Source: Candidatus Poribacteria bacterium (GTDB lineage: Bacteria; Poribacteria; WGA-4E; WGA-3G). From it: a stretch of DNA of 64,000 nucleotides. The notes beneath the pieces are model-generated. The model saw only the letters and a list, made by a program, of their open reading frames with translations. It was not told where the DNA came from and did no database searches. Position 1 is the first letter of the stretch, and each line of letters starts with the position of its first letter. This document shows, piece after piece, positions 18,159-28,308 of the stretch. The DNA lies in the NCBI GenBank assembly GCA_022825825.1, contig JAJDWA010000023.1, forward strand, positions 12,707 to 76,706, written 5' to 3'. The position numbers were made by a program, and so were the translations under genes.

Positions 18159-19064
18159 TTGGCTAATAAGTTAATTCAACTCATGATTGTAGGGACACAG
18201 AAGTCAGGCACGTCTTCGTTGCTGCGTTATTTAGCACAACATCCCGATATCTATACACATCCACAACCTGAGATGACTTTTTTCCTCCAAGATCATGAGT
18301 ATATATGCGGGTACGAATCAGCATTCGCAAAATACTTCCCTCAGTGCCCGGAGGACAAAAAGCTTATTGCCAAAAATGTGATGGTGATGCACTCACCAGA
18401 AATTATGCAACGAATTTATCAGCACAATCCAGAGATACATCTCGTTGTCCTTCTGCGAGAACCGGTAGCGCGAGCGTATTCTGCTTATTGGTGGGCAAGA
18501 CGTAGAGGTTGGGAAAACATCAAAACATTTGAAGAAGCACTCACTGCTGAGGAAGCGCGTCTAAAGGAAGATTGGTTTAAATGGCGACAGTGTGGCTATC
18601 GGCATAACAGCACTTACTACCCACACGTCAAGAATTTAATTAGCCAATTTGGAGAAAATCACGTTCATTGCATTTTGACTGATGAATTAAAAGAAAATCC
18701 GCAGTCTGTTTGTCAACGGCTTTTTAATCTTCTTAATATCCAACTCGATTTTGAACCTGTAGTAGAAGAACGGCACAACCAAGCAGCAATGCCTCGGTCT
18801 GAAAAGTTTAGTTTTCTGTTTACACAATTTCTATCATCTCACAATCCGCTGAAACGTGCGATTCGTAAACTTGTGCCAGATGCTGCTGCTTACAAATTGA
18901 GAAAAACAATCCTGAACTTAAACGATAAGTCTTTCACACCGCCGCCAATGAACCCGAAGACACGCGAACAATTGGAAAACTATTTTAAACCTTTTAATCA
19001 ACAATTATCAGAATTATTAGGACAAGATTTAACACATTGGGATACTCACAATGTTTCTATTTAA
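18159..19064 (+). CDS. sulfotransferase (PAPS-dependent family)
   Basis: TTG start after GAGGAG. IVGTQKSGTSSL 5'-PSB loop. LLREPVARAYSAYWW. Confidence 0.85.
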   Translation: MANKLIQLMIVGTQKSGTSSLLRYLAQHPDIYTHPQPEMTFFLQDHEYICGYESAFAKYFPQCPEDKKLIAKNVMVMHSPEIMQRIYQHNPEIHLVVLLREPVARAYSAYWWARRRGWENIKTFEEALTAEEARLKEDWFKWRQCGYRHNSTYYPHVKNLISQFGENHVHCILTDELKENPQSVCQRLFNLLNIQLDFEPVVEERHNQAAMPRSEKFSFLFTQFLSSHNPLKRAIRKLVPDAAAYKLRKTILNLNDKSFTPPPMNPKTREQLENYFKPFNQQLSELLGQDLTHWDTHNVSI

Positions 19065-19101
19065 AGTCCAAAAACGATCTCACCCAGTTTGTGCCTGAAA
19101 A

Positions 19102-20451
19102 ATGTTAATTATCTATTTTCTCACAGGATACGTCGCTTTTGAAGAGTTTGTACTCAAATTTCTACCTGTCAGTGATGCTGTATACTCCTATCTCAGATTC
19201 TTAGGGGAACTACTTATCTATGCAGCATTTGCCAAACTTGTTATTCACAAACTCTATAAAGGAATTCCTTTTGTCAAAACAGCAATAGATATCCCGGTTA
19301 TCGGCTTTTATGTCGTAGTTTTTATTTCTATGGTGATAAACCGTTCACCATTAATTGGGAGTCTTTATAATATCCGTCCATTCGCGCGGTACATAGTTCT
19401 CTTTTATCTGATTGCTAATTCACCTTTATCTGAAAAACGTATTGCGACTCTTCTACGGATAATTCTGTGCGTTGGCATAGTCCAACTCTTTACAGGTATG
19501 ATTCAATGGGCTGGTGGTCGAAGTGCTTTTGACTTCTTCCTCCCGCGTGCATCAACGCTTGAAGTGGGTGGGTTCACAAAAGAGTACAGATTACTTGAAC
19601 TTGGTCGCGAAATTGGAAGTATCTACGGCACTTTAGGTGACACGGTTATTTACGGCGTGTTTATGATTCTTGTCCTTGTCATCTTTCTTTCACGTGTAAA
19701 ACGATTAGCGTATCTGAATCTACTCAGTATAATTGTCCTATTAATGTTTATTGCGCGTTCTTATTCACGCGCGGCTACTTTTTCTGCGATTCTTGCCTGT
19801 GCTGCATGGTACTTCTTTCAATACGGTTGGAAAAAAACACTCCGTTTATCGTTAGCCATATTACTTGTCTTCGGGGTTGTCTTGGCAATAGTGAACCCAT
19901 TTGGCTTAGAATATGTTAATCCCAGAAAAGCGAAAGTTGGTTTGGTTGGGAACGTCACAGGTGTGTTCTCTGGTTCTTATGTGCGTGTTGCACAAAAACA
20001 GAGACTCGGTGCTTTAATTGGGAATGTGCCCACAGTTCTCGCCAACAAACCGATTTTAGGATATGGCGCAGATCAGAACAGCACGATTGAAAAACTGAAT
20101 ATGAGTAAACGTTCATTTCTCCTAAAAGTACTCAGTAAAAAAGGATTTAAAGATGTGTATTGGGTCGCTATCCTCTGTTTCTACGGGGTCCTAGGATTAG
20201 GCTTATTCGGCCTAATTTTCCTCCGTCTTTTTATAGCGGCGTTAAGTCTTTACAAGCGCGCTGTTAGTAAATACGCAAAAGAGATCGCAATGATAATGCT
20301 TTGTCTTGTTACAGTTACCGTGTTCCTACTCTTTTTTAATCGAACACTCGAATTTCGGGGTTACGGGTTCTATTTCTGGTTGTGCGCGGGGCTAATGTTT
20401 GCAAGTGATGCTTCTCTTAAAACCTATAAACCGCTCAGGATTACTTTATGA
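19102..20451 (+). CDS. O-antigen polymerase/ligase-family membrane protein (Wzy-like)
   Basis: 449 aa, about 11 TM. Central ...ARSYSRAATFSAILACAAWYF... resembles the Wzy_C/O-antigen ligase loop. Its stop overlaps the next start (ATGA). Confidence 0.65.
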   Translation: MLIIYFLTGYVAFEEFVLKFLPVSDAVYSYLRFLGELLIYAAFAKLVIHKLYKGIPFVKTAIDIPVIGFYVVVFISMVINRSPLIGSLYNIRPFARYIVLFYLIANSPLSEKRIATLLRIILCVGIVQLFTGMIQWAGGRSAFDFFLPRASTLEVGGFTKEYRLLELGREIGSIYGTLGDTVIYGVFMILVLVIFLSRVKRLAYLNLLSIIVLLMFIARSYSRAATFSAILACAAWYFFQYGWKKTLRLSLAILLVFGVVLAIVNPFGLEYVNPRKAKVGLVGNVTGVFSGSYVRVAQKQRLGALIGNVPTVLANKPILGYGADQNSTIEKLNMSKRSFLLKVLSKKGFKDVYWVAILCFYGVLGLGLFGLIFLRLFIAALSLYKRAVSKYAKEIAMIMLCLVTVTVFLLFFNRTLEFRGYGFYFWLCAGLMFASDASLKTYKPLRITL

Positions 20452-22073
20452 GACATATTAACCAGGCTCGAACTGAGAAACGAAAATTATTTTCATCATT
20501 GACATTCTTATTTTCCATCGTTTTAGTGGTATGTCTGCTACTCTTAGTGATAATTCGTGGCTGTGAAAACACATCGCTAATTTCCGAGGGAGTACGCTTT
20601 GAGGTTAACACGCAAGCAAAAACGCGTTTGAGAAAAGAACTTTTTGGCTTCAATACAAACATGATGAGTGGAGATTACGGCTATCTTGACGCAGATTTTA
20701 TTGCTTTAACAAAAGCACTTCAACCAAAAACATTAAGATTTCCCGGTGGTACAGTCGGCAATTTCTATCATTGGAAAATCAAGGGGTTTATTGAAAACGA
20801 GATGGGGTCAACTCTATATCCTCAACTTAATAAACGAAACAGAGGGAATTACGTGAAGCTCCAAAAGCGGCGGAACGGCATAATTTCATTTGACGATTTT
20901 ATGCAGTTATGCCAAGAATTGGATATAACGCCTATTGTCGTTGTTAATTTGTGGACGGGAAGTCCCGAAGAGAGTGCCGATTGGGTGCGTTACGCCAAAA
21001 CTAAAGGATACAAAATTACACATTGGGAACTTGGCAATGAGTATTACCTTCCGCATTATGCAAACAAATTTCGTACTGCTGAAATCTATATGAAGGAAGC
21101 CAAAAAACATGCCTTAGCGATGAAAGCGGTTAATCCTGATATAAAAGTGTCTGTATGTGCAACTCCTGTAGCTTTCCACAAAGAGGGTTGGTTAATAAAA
21201 ACAGCACAACGTAAATGGGATGAAAAACTCGATGAGAACACTTATCCCTCAACAAACAGCTGGTATGATGCCTACACTGTTCATGTCTACGCCTATAAAG
21301 CAGTACGAAAAATAGATATTGAGATGATGCGAGGTTACCTCTTTGGTTGGATTCACTTCGGCATAGATGAAGCAATGGAGTACTATGAGCAATTATTTCC
21401 AAATAAGGAGATGTGGGTAACGGAGTGGAATATTGCTAATCCCGCGAACCGCGTTGCCAACACACAGCTTCATGCTATGTATGTCGGTGATTTCTTTCTG
21501 AAATTGCTCAGTATACCAAACATAACACAAGCAAACTTTCACGTAATTACTGGGCCGGGCAAGGGATTTCCAGTTTTTTCGCGGATTACGCCTGCATCAA
21601 AACGCACTTTTTGGAAATATGGTGGGGAACCAGAATCTGATTATGGAGACACAATTCGCCGCACTGCCTACTACTCTTTTCAATTAATTGGTGAAGCATT
21701 TGCAGAATCAGATACGCAGTTTGCTGCATTACTACAAAATGAACCAACACTTGAAGGGCAATTGGAATATAAAGGTAAACAGATGACGGGGATTCAAGTT
21801 CAAGCGATCGGAAACACTGAAACTATCTACATTTTAATCAGCAATCGCACATCAGATGAACTGACACCACAACTTGCTATTGATGGCAAACGGTTGAAAA
21901 GCGAAGTCAGATATCGTCATGTTGCAAATGAGAGCCTCATCGCGACCAACGGTGGTAATGCTGAGATGGAAGGTTCTGGCAAAATTGAGGTGCAAATTCA
22001 GGAATGGACAGGAAATTCTGCAGAACTTACAATTCCTAAAAACAGTTTCGGTGTGATAGAGGTCAAAAAGTGA
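20448..22073 (+). CDS. membrane-anchored clan GH-A glycoside hydrolase (GH39/GH51/GH79-like; PslG-like role)
   Basis: N-terminal TM. LRFPGGTVGNFYHW. Candidate acid/base WELGNEYY and nucleophile WVTEWN. Confidence 0.6.
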   Translation: MRHINQARTEKRKLFSSLTFLFSIVLVVCLLLLVIIRGCENTSLISEGVRFEVNTQAKTRLRKELFGFNTNMMSGDYGYLDADFIALTKALQPKTLRFPGGTVGNFYHWKIKGFIENEMGSTLYPQLNKRNRGNYVKLQKRRNGIISFDDFMQLCQELDITPIVVVNLWTGSPEESADWVRYAKTKGYKITHWELGNEYYLPHYANKFRTAEIYMKEAKKHALAMKAVNPDIKVSVCATPVAFHKEGWLIKTAQRKWDEKLDENTYPSTNSWYDAYTVHVYAYKAVRKIDIEMMRGYLFGWIHFGIDEAMEYYEQLFPNKEMWVTEWNIANPANRVANTQLHAMYVGDFFLKLLSIPNITQANFHVITGPGKGFPVFSRITPASKRTFWKYGGEPESDYGDTIRRTAYYSFQLIGEAFAESDTQFAALLQNEPTLEGQLEYKGKQMTGIQVQAIGNTETIYILISNRTSDELTPQLAIDGKRLKSEVRYRHVANESLIATNGGNAEMEGSGKIEVQIQEWTGNSAELTIPKNSFGVIEVKK

Positions 22074-23128
22074 AATTGGAAAAAATGCTATTTGTCGTAG
22101 GGAATAGTAGAAGTGGAACTACAATGATGGGACGTATTTTAGGTAGACATTCTGACGTTTATACTTTTGGTGAACTCCACTTTTTTGGGCAGTTATGGTC
22201 TCCTGCCTCCTCATCTGAATTACATAAACAGGAAGCAGAAAAATTGGCTTCACAGTTATTTTGTATCCAACGTGAAGGTTACCGCACACACGGTAAACCA
22301 AATAATTTTCTGGAAGAATCTCAGCGTTTTCTCAGTGAATTACCCGAATTTCCAGCAACACCTGACAGTCTCTTTTCAGCGTTTCTCCAATACGAGACAG
22401 GACGAAACAGTAAAACCATCCCGTGCGATCAGACGCCTCGTAATATATTTTATATTGATGACATCCTACAATTTTATCCACAGGCAAAAATTATTAACAT
22501 GATTAGGGATCCGCGGGATGTGCTCCTATCCCAAAAGCAAAAGTGGAAACGCCGCTTCCTCGGCGGGACTGATATGCCAATGAAGGAAACGCTTCGTGAC
22601 TGGATTAATTATCATCCTATCACTATCAGCCGAATCTGGCGGACCGCTGTTACCGCCGCAGATAGATTTGTTAATAATGAACGAGTTACTTCAATTTATT
22701 TTGAAAAACTACTTGCACATCCTGAAGTCACTGTTTCTCACATTTGTGATTTTGTAGGTATTGAGTATGCTACTGCAATGCTTCAGGTGCCGCAAGTTGG
22801 TTCTTCTGTAGACACAGATAAACCTGATCAACTCGGTATAAACCCAGTTCGTGCAAACAACTGGCAGGTTAGGCAAAATATGGAGAAAAGTCCCGATCTT
22901 CCTTCGACCAAAAACCAAAGAGCACTCAGTAGTACTGAAATTTACATATCTCAAAAAATAAATAAAACACTAATGTTAAAGCATAACTATATTCCTATTT
23001 CAATTCGTCCAAACATATTTAGTTTAGCTGCCAATGTCCTCTCATTTCCAATGAAATTGGCAGCGGCATTTTTTTGTAACTTGGATAGGATTAAAAACAT
23101 CCGCGAAACTTTAAAAAGACGTTTGTAA
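22070..23128 (+). CDS. sulfotransferase
   Basis: GTG start overlapping the previous stop (GTGA). VVGNSRSGTTMMGRILGRH. IRDPRDVLLSQKQKW. Confidence 0.8.
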   Translation: MKLEKMLFVVGNSRSGTTMMGRILGRHSDVYTFGELHFFGQLWSPASSSELHKQEAEKLASQLFCIQREGYRTHGKPNNFLEESQRFLSELPEFPATPDSLFSAFLQYETGRNSKTIPCDQTPRNIFYIDDILQFYPQAKIINMIRDPRDVLLSQKQKWKRRFLGGTDMPMKETLRDWINYHPITISRIWRTAVTAADRFVNNERVTSIYFEKLLAHPEVTVSHICDFVGIEYATAMLQVPQVGSSVDTDKPDQLGINPVRANNWQVRQNMEKSPDLPSTKNQRALSSTEIYISQKINKTLMLKHNYIPISIRPNIFSLAANVLSFPMKLAAAFFCNLDRIKNIRETLKRRL

Positions 23129-23153
23129 CCCTAAGCTTGATCTGTATGAAAAC

Positions 23154-24155
23154 ATGATTGCCCAAATTAATTCTGATTATATCAAAACACGCCCAACAAA
23201 AGCACTAACTCGTCTTATGAGTTATGCCTTCTTTGAAGGTCGACCTGTAACAACAAAAGGTAGATGGATAAATCCGATCGTATTTTCTATCTTGAAAACG
23301 GCTGCGAGAAGTAATAGACGATTTACACCTATTGAAAAACCTATCTTCATTCTTGGTACGGGGCGAAGTGGAACAACAGTCTTAGGGATTGTACTTTCTA
23401 TGCATAAAGATGTGGGGTATTTAAATGAACCAAAGGCGATTTGGCATCTCATTTATCCGCATGAAGACATCATTGGGAATTATAGTCTTAGCCCTGCAAA
23501 GTACCGCCTCACCTCCGAAGATGCAACAGACGCAATGTGTCAACGTGCTGCCCAGATGTTTGGGGCATACTTGTCGGTAACTGGGTCGAAACGCTTGGTT
23601 GATAAATATCCTGAACTGATTTTCAGAGTAGATTTCGTCCGCTCCGTATTTCCCGATGCGCGGTTCATTTTTCTTGTACGAAATGGGTGGGATACGTGTC
23701 ATTCAATTGCTAATTGGTCAAAACGACTCGGTGTTCAAACCGATGGCGAGAGACACGATTGGTGGGGAGTGGACGACCGTAAATGGCAATTGTTAATGGA
23801 TCAGTTGGTTACTGCAGATGTTGACTTAAAAAATGTTATTGAAGATGTCCAAAATTTTGATAGGCATTTAGATAGAGCAGCCGTTGAATGGGTGTTGACC
23901 ATGCGTGAGGGGTTACATCTAATGAAAAACTTATCCGATTGGACCTATAAGATTCATTTTGAAGAATTAACATCAAAACCTGAAGAAACACTTTCACCGC
24001 TATGTGAATTCTGCGAATTGCCAACTGATAGAACATTTCTAAATTATGCGCGACATACTCTAAATCCTGTGCCGCCAAGAGAACCTTTTGATTTACATCC
24101 GAAAATAGCACCTATTTTCTATGACACGATGGCAAGATTAGGGTATAATACGTAA
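23154..24155 (+). CDS. sulfotransferase
   Basis: ILGTGRSGTTVLGIVLSMH 5'-PSB loop. FLVRNGWDTCHS 3'-PB-like segment. Confidence 0.75.
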   Translation: MIAQINSDYIKTRPTKALTRLMSYAFFEGRPVTTKGRWINPIVFSILKTAARSNRRFTPIEKPIFILGTGRSGTTVLGIVLSMHKDVGYLNEPKAIWHLIYPHEDIIGNYSLSPAKYRLTSEDATDAMCQRAAQMFGAYLSVTGSKRLVDKYPELIFRVDFVRSVFPDARFIFLVRNGWDTCHSIANWSKRLGVQTDGERHDWWGVDDRKWQLLMDQLVTADVDLKNVIEDVQNFDRHLDRAAVEWVLTMREGLHLMKNLSDWTYKIHFEELTSKPEETLSPLCEFCELPTDRTFLNYARHTLNPVPPREPFDLHPKIAPIFYDTMARLGYNT

Positions 24156-24271
24156 GAAAACTTTCAAAGTATATTAGTAAAAAATGTTCTACCTGATAAA
24201 AATAAATTATTCTATAGCAAATAAAAATTAACTTCAGCTGATTTGTGTGATTTTCCGGAGGCAGAAAACGT

Positions 24272-25912
24272 ATGATTTTACGCATTTTTCTACTATTTTG
24301 CATAGTTACATATTTCTGGTGTTTACCGTGCGCCGATGCCGCATCACTTATAAACGTTCCACTTAACCCAGATATAACCGATTTTAATAGTGAAACCTAC
24401 CGCTTTATTCATCGTTTACTTAATAAACGTGTAGTGTCCGGTGTAGCGCGAGGTTCTTTACCGTTTACGCGAAAACAGGTTGCATCTTTTCTGGTGGAGG
24501 TGTCTCAAAAACTTGAGAGTGGTGAACTAACATTGAGCATCAACGACCAAAAACGCTTGAATGAATTGTTAGCCTTTTATGCAGAGGCTGGAACACAAAC
24601 GCCTCCGAATCGGCGATCACATTTATTTACTCTCAGTGACGACGCCACCTATCGCTTTTCATTTGATTTAAGAGCAAGACAACGAACAATCACCAGATTA
24701 GTGGACAACATGTCCGAAAAAGAACCTGTTGAAGGTACTATGTTTGTGACAACATGGTTCCCACATCTTTATGGACAAGTCAAAGAGGGATTTGCGTTTA
24801 CAACAAATATGGCATATAGGTGGTTATACGGTGATGTTTTTGACGATTTTTATCCTGATGAATCAAAATATCGGCAACTGGAGGGTGAACTGAAAATTGG
24901 GCAGAAATATCGAACGGCGATCAATGCTTACCTAAAGTTCAACTTTCCTTGGTTTGAGTTACAACTTGGACAAGACAATCTTCAGTGGGGACCTGGTTAT
25001 CACGGCAATCTATTGATTTCTTCGAACCCTATTGCTATAGACATGCTGAAGTTGCAAACTACATACAAAACGACTACTTTCACCGCGTTCACCGGTATTT
25101 TAGAAGACAACGCAGAAGACATCAATGAGAAGTATATTTCTGGACATAGGCTTGAGGGATATTACTGGGATAGGATTGGATTTGGACTTTCCGAAGTAGT
25201 CGTGTATGGGAACCGTTTTGAACCAGGATATCTAAACCCGATCAATATCTATCTGATTAACGAGCAGACAATTTCGCGGGCGGATGGCCGTGTCCCTGGC
25301 AGTGGCGACAATCTCTTTTTAAGTGCTGATATACGGGTACGTCTAATAGACAATTTTGAAATATATGGTGAGTTGATGGTTGATGACGGAAATCCAATAT
25401 CCGTTTTTAAGCATTGGGATACGAAGTTTGGGATCCTTGGAGGAATTTATATTACCGATCCATTTGGACTGTCGGATACTGATTTCCACGCCGAATACGC
25501 TTTTATCAACCAATATGCATATACACACGTCACCCCAGTAAATGTTTACAAACACTTTACGACACCGATTGGACATCATATCGGTTCTGATGCAGATAAT
25601 TTGTGGATTGAACTACGGCGGCGATTTACCGATAAACTTGAAACTGTTTTTGGCTACGAACTTGAACGCCACGGCCAAGGAAATATAGACAAAAATCATT
25701 CGCCTGACGCCCCGAAAGATGATGTGTGGACTCCACTCTCCGGGATTACACAAAGTGAGCATCGCTTAAAGATCGGTTTTAATTGGGTTACCATTGGTCA
25801 TTATTCATTCTACGGTGAATGGGCGAGGATTTGGAGACGAAACATTGAAAATCGTCAAGATGTACATGAAACTGGGAATGAAATTCAAGCGAAAGCATTA
25901 TATAGATTTTAA
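24272..25912 (+). CDS. outer-membrane capsule-assembly protein, Wzi-like
   Basis: Signal peptide. LQLGQDNLQWGPGYHGNLLISSNP resembles the Caps_assemb_Wzi signature. Aromatic-rich, beta-barrel-like C-terminus ending in F. Confidence 0.5.
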   Translation: MILRIFLLFCIVTYFWCLPCADAASLINVPLNPDITDFNSETYRFIHRLLNKRVVSGVARGSLPFTRKQVASFLVEVSQKLESGELTLSINDQKRLNELLAFYAEAGTQTPPNRRSHLFTLSDDATYRFSFDLRARQRTITRLVDNMSEKEPVEGTMFVTTWFPHLYGQVKEGFAFTTNMAYRWLYGDVFDDFYPDESKYRQLEGELKIGQKYRTAINAYLKFNFPWFELQLGQDNLQWGPGYHGNLLISSNPIAIDMLKLQTTYKTTTFTAFTGILEDNAEDINEKYISGHRLEGYYWDRIGFGLSEVVVYGNRFEPGYLNPINIYLINEQTISRADGRVPGSGDNLFLSADIRVRLIDNFEIYGELMVDDGNPISVFKHWDTKFGILGGIYITDPFGLSDTDFHAEYAFINQYAYTHVTPVNVYKHFTTPIGHHIGSDADNLWIELRRRFTDKLETVFGYELERHGQGNIDKNHSPDAPKDDVWTPLSGITQSEHRLKIGFNWVTIGHYSFYGEWARIWRRNIENRQDVHETGNEIQAKALYRF

Positions 25913-26066
25913 GCCGTAACATAAGGATTCACTTTTATTTTCTCTTGCCATTAGGGAATTGCGAACTTCAATTGGAACAACATTTTAAATGAAGATTCAT
26001 AGTCGTTAAAGCATCAAAGAAATTGTTTTTTTAGATACATCTTGGTATCATTTTAAAGGATTTAAG

Positions 26067-27188
26067 ATGAAAATTCGCGTGTTAGGTATTCGTGGGCTTC
26101 CGGGAACTTATAGTGGGTTAGAAACCATCATGGGGGAGCTTGCACCGCGCTGGGTAGAAGCAGGGCATGAGGTCACCGTCTATTGTCGAAAAGCAGTTTT
26201 CAAAGAGAGGCCCTCCGAATGGAAAGGCATCAAGTTAGTCTATCTACCCAGCATTGAACATAAAGTATTTAGTACCCTCAGCCACAGTTTTTTAGCAACT
26301 TTACACGCTTCGTTTTCTCCTTCTGACGCTATTCTTGTATGGAATGCTGGCAATGGTCCGTTTGGTTGGTTTTTCCGTATTGCTGGTAAAAGTGCTGTTA
26401 TCAACGTTGATGGAATGGAATGGCTTCGTCCAAAGTGGAAAGGTATAGGTGCTGTTTATTTTAAATGGGCAGCTAAAATGGCTACTTCCGCTTTTCCAAT
26501 TGTGATTACCGATGCCGAAGAAATGAAGAGACTTTACCTTGAAGAATTAGGGGCCGAAACTACATATATCGCTTACGGAGCAAACATTGAACCGTCTGAG
26601 CATCCTGAAATCCTTGAAAATTATGGGCTTGAATCACGGAATTACTATCTGATCGCGAGTCGTCTTGTACCCGATAATAATGCGGACCTGATTTTGGAAG
26701 CATTTGTTAACTCAAATAGCCAGAAAAAACTTGCTATAGCAGGGGGGGCAGACTACAAAGGCAACAAACTTGAAAATCAATTTTTAGATAAATTGAAAAG
26801 CATTGCTAATGAAAACGTCATGTTTCTCGGACACATTGATAATTCAGAACATATAAAGGAACTGCACCATCACTGTTTCGCTTACATTCATGGACATCAA
26901 TTCGGGGGTATCAATCCTTCCATTTTGAAGGCGTTAGGGTTTTCTAACTGCATCCTTGCTCTAAATACACCATTCAACCATGAAGTCCTGGAAGGCGGTA
27001 CTTACGGTGCACTCTTTGATAAGAATTCAGAATCTCTCAAAACTGTGATAGAAGCATTAGAACAGAATCCAGAAAAGGTCGACGATTTTCGCCGCCGCGC
27101 TCCTGAACAGATACGAAAACGATTCAACTGGGACCATATTGCCAAACAATATATTGATGTTTTTGAAAAACTACAAAAGAAAAAGTGA
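26067..27188 (+). CDS. glycosyltransferase family 4 (DUF1972 N-domain plus GT1-type C-domain)
   Basis: MKIRVLGIRGLPGTYSGLETIMGELAPRWVEAGHEVTVYCR is a typical DUF1972 start, followed by a GT-B C-terminal half. Confidence 0.85.
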   Translation: MKIRVLGIRGLPGTYSGLETIMGELAPRWVEAGHEVTVYCRKAVFKERPSEWKGIKLVYLPSIEHKVFSTLSHSFLATLHASFSPSDAILVWNAGNGPFGWFFRIAGKSAVINVDGMEWLRPKWKGIGAVYFKWAAKMATSAFPIVITDAEEMKRLYLEELGAETTYIAYGANIEPSEHPEILENYGLESRNYYLIASRLVPDNNADLILEAFVNSNSQKKLAIAGGADYKGNKLENQFLDKLKSIANENVMFLGHIDNSEHIKELHHHCFAYIHGHQFGGINPSILKALGFSNCILALNTPFNHEVLEGGTYGALFDKNSESLKTVIEALEQNPEKVDDFRRRAPEQIRKRFNWDHIAKQYIDVFEKLQKKK

Positions 27189-27218
27189 AATCTACTAATT
27201 TGAGTAGGGTAAAGGATA

Positions 27219-27878
27219 ATGGCACATTTGCCAATAAAATTTAGTGTCTCCAAACCTGACTTTGCATATATGAATGACACAGCACAGCCTTCAGTTGAAA
27301 GACTTTCCTCCTTCTACGCAAAGCGAGGAAAATATTTACTTGATTTTGTGGCAGCATTTTTATTGATACTTATTTTTGCGCCACTAATGATTCTAATTTC
27401 AATATTGATTAAATTATCTTCGCGTGGGCCAATTTTTTTCTCACACAAGCGGGTTGGAATAAATAATAAACTTTTTATTATTCACAAGTTCAGAAGCCTT
27501 CATATTGATACGCCCTCCTATTCAGAAAAACCGGATTCAACAGAAGATGTTCGCATTACATCAATCGGTAAATGGATTCGCAAAACAAGTTTAGATGAAT
27601 TACCCCAGTTATTTAACGTTATTAAGGGGGAAATGAGTCTCGTCGGACCTCGTCCAGAAATGCCTTTCCTTGCTGAAAATTACGAGGAATGGGAAAATAA
27701 ACGCCATCTCGTGCGCCCCGGCATGACGGGACTTTGGCAATTAAGTCCACGCCGCCGTGGTTCAATACGTGAAGGTATTCCTGTTGATCTGGAATACATT
27801 GAGAATTTGTCTCTGTGGAACGATTTTAAAATATTGCTACGGACGTTCAAGGTTTTTTGGGATGACAACACCTACTAA
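27219..27878 (+). CDS. undecaprenyl-phosphate sugar phosphotransferase (small monotopic PGT, WbaP/EpsL-like initiating enzyme)
   Basis: KRGKYLLDFVAAFLLIL...SLDELPQLFNVIKGEMSLVGPRPE...RPGMTGLWQ. The start may be the ATG at 27270. Confidence 0.9.
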   Translation: MAHLPIKFSVSKPDFAYMNDTAQPSVERLSSFYAKRGKYLLDFVAAFLLILIFAPLMILISILIKLSSRGPIFFSHKRVGINNKLFIIHKFRSLHIDTPSYSEKPDSTEDVRITSIGKWIRKTSLDELPQLFNVIKGEMSLVGPRPEMPFLAENYEEWENKRHLVRPGMTGLWQLSPRRRGSIREGIPVDLEYIENLSLWNDFKILLRTFKVFWDDNTY

Positions 27879-27917
27879 CTTATAGCAGATTGATTCTCAC
27901 CTACAATTGAAACAGAT

Positions 27918-28280
27918 ATGAAACTAACTCTTACGAATCTCAGAAAGATTTTACAGTGCAGTTTTAGACTCAAGTGTCCACGGTGTAGCAAAGGGACACT
28001 CTTTCAAAAACATTTCACGATGTTTTCCCATTGCACCGAATGTGAGTTAAAGTTTGAACGTGAGCAAGGATATTTTATAGGTGCGATGTATATCAACTAT
28101 GGTGCAACAGTTCTCCTCACCTTTCCAGGCTATTTTATTCTTGATATTTTCACATCTATCCCTTTCTTATTCAACTTTGGCGTGTGGGGTTTAGTTTCCG
28201 CCGTTTTTCCGATCTTTTTCTATCGCTATTCAAAAAGTTTGTGGTTGAACTTTGACTATGCGTTTAACCCAAGCAGTTAA
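27918..28280 (+). CDS. DUF983-like Zn-ribbon membrane protein
   Basis: CPRCSKGTLF...CTECELKF followed by 2 TM segments. Confidence 0.55.
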   Translation: MKLTLTNLRKILQCSFRLKCPRCSKGTLFQKHFTMFSHCTECELKFEREQGYFIGAMYINYGATVLLTFPGYFILDIFTSIPFLFNFGVWGLVSAVFPIFFYRYSKSLWLNFDYAFNPSS

Positions 28281-28308
28281 TAGTTTCCAAATACAATTTT
28301 TCATTGAA

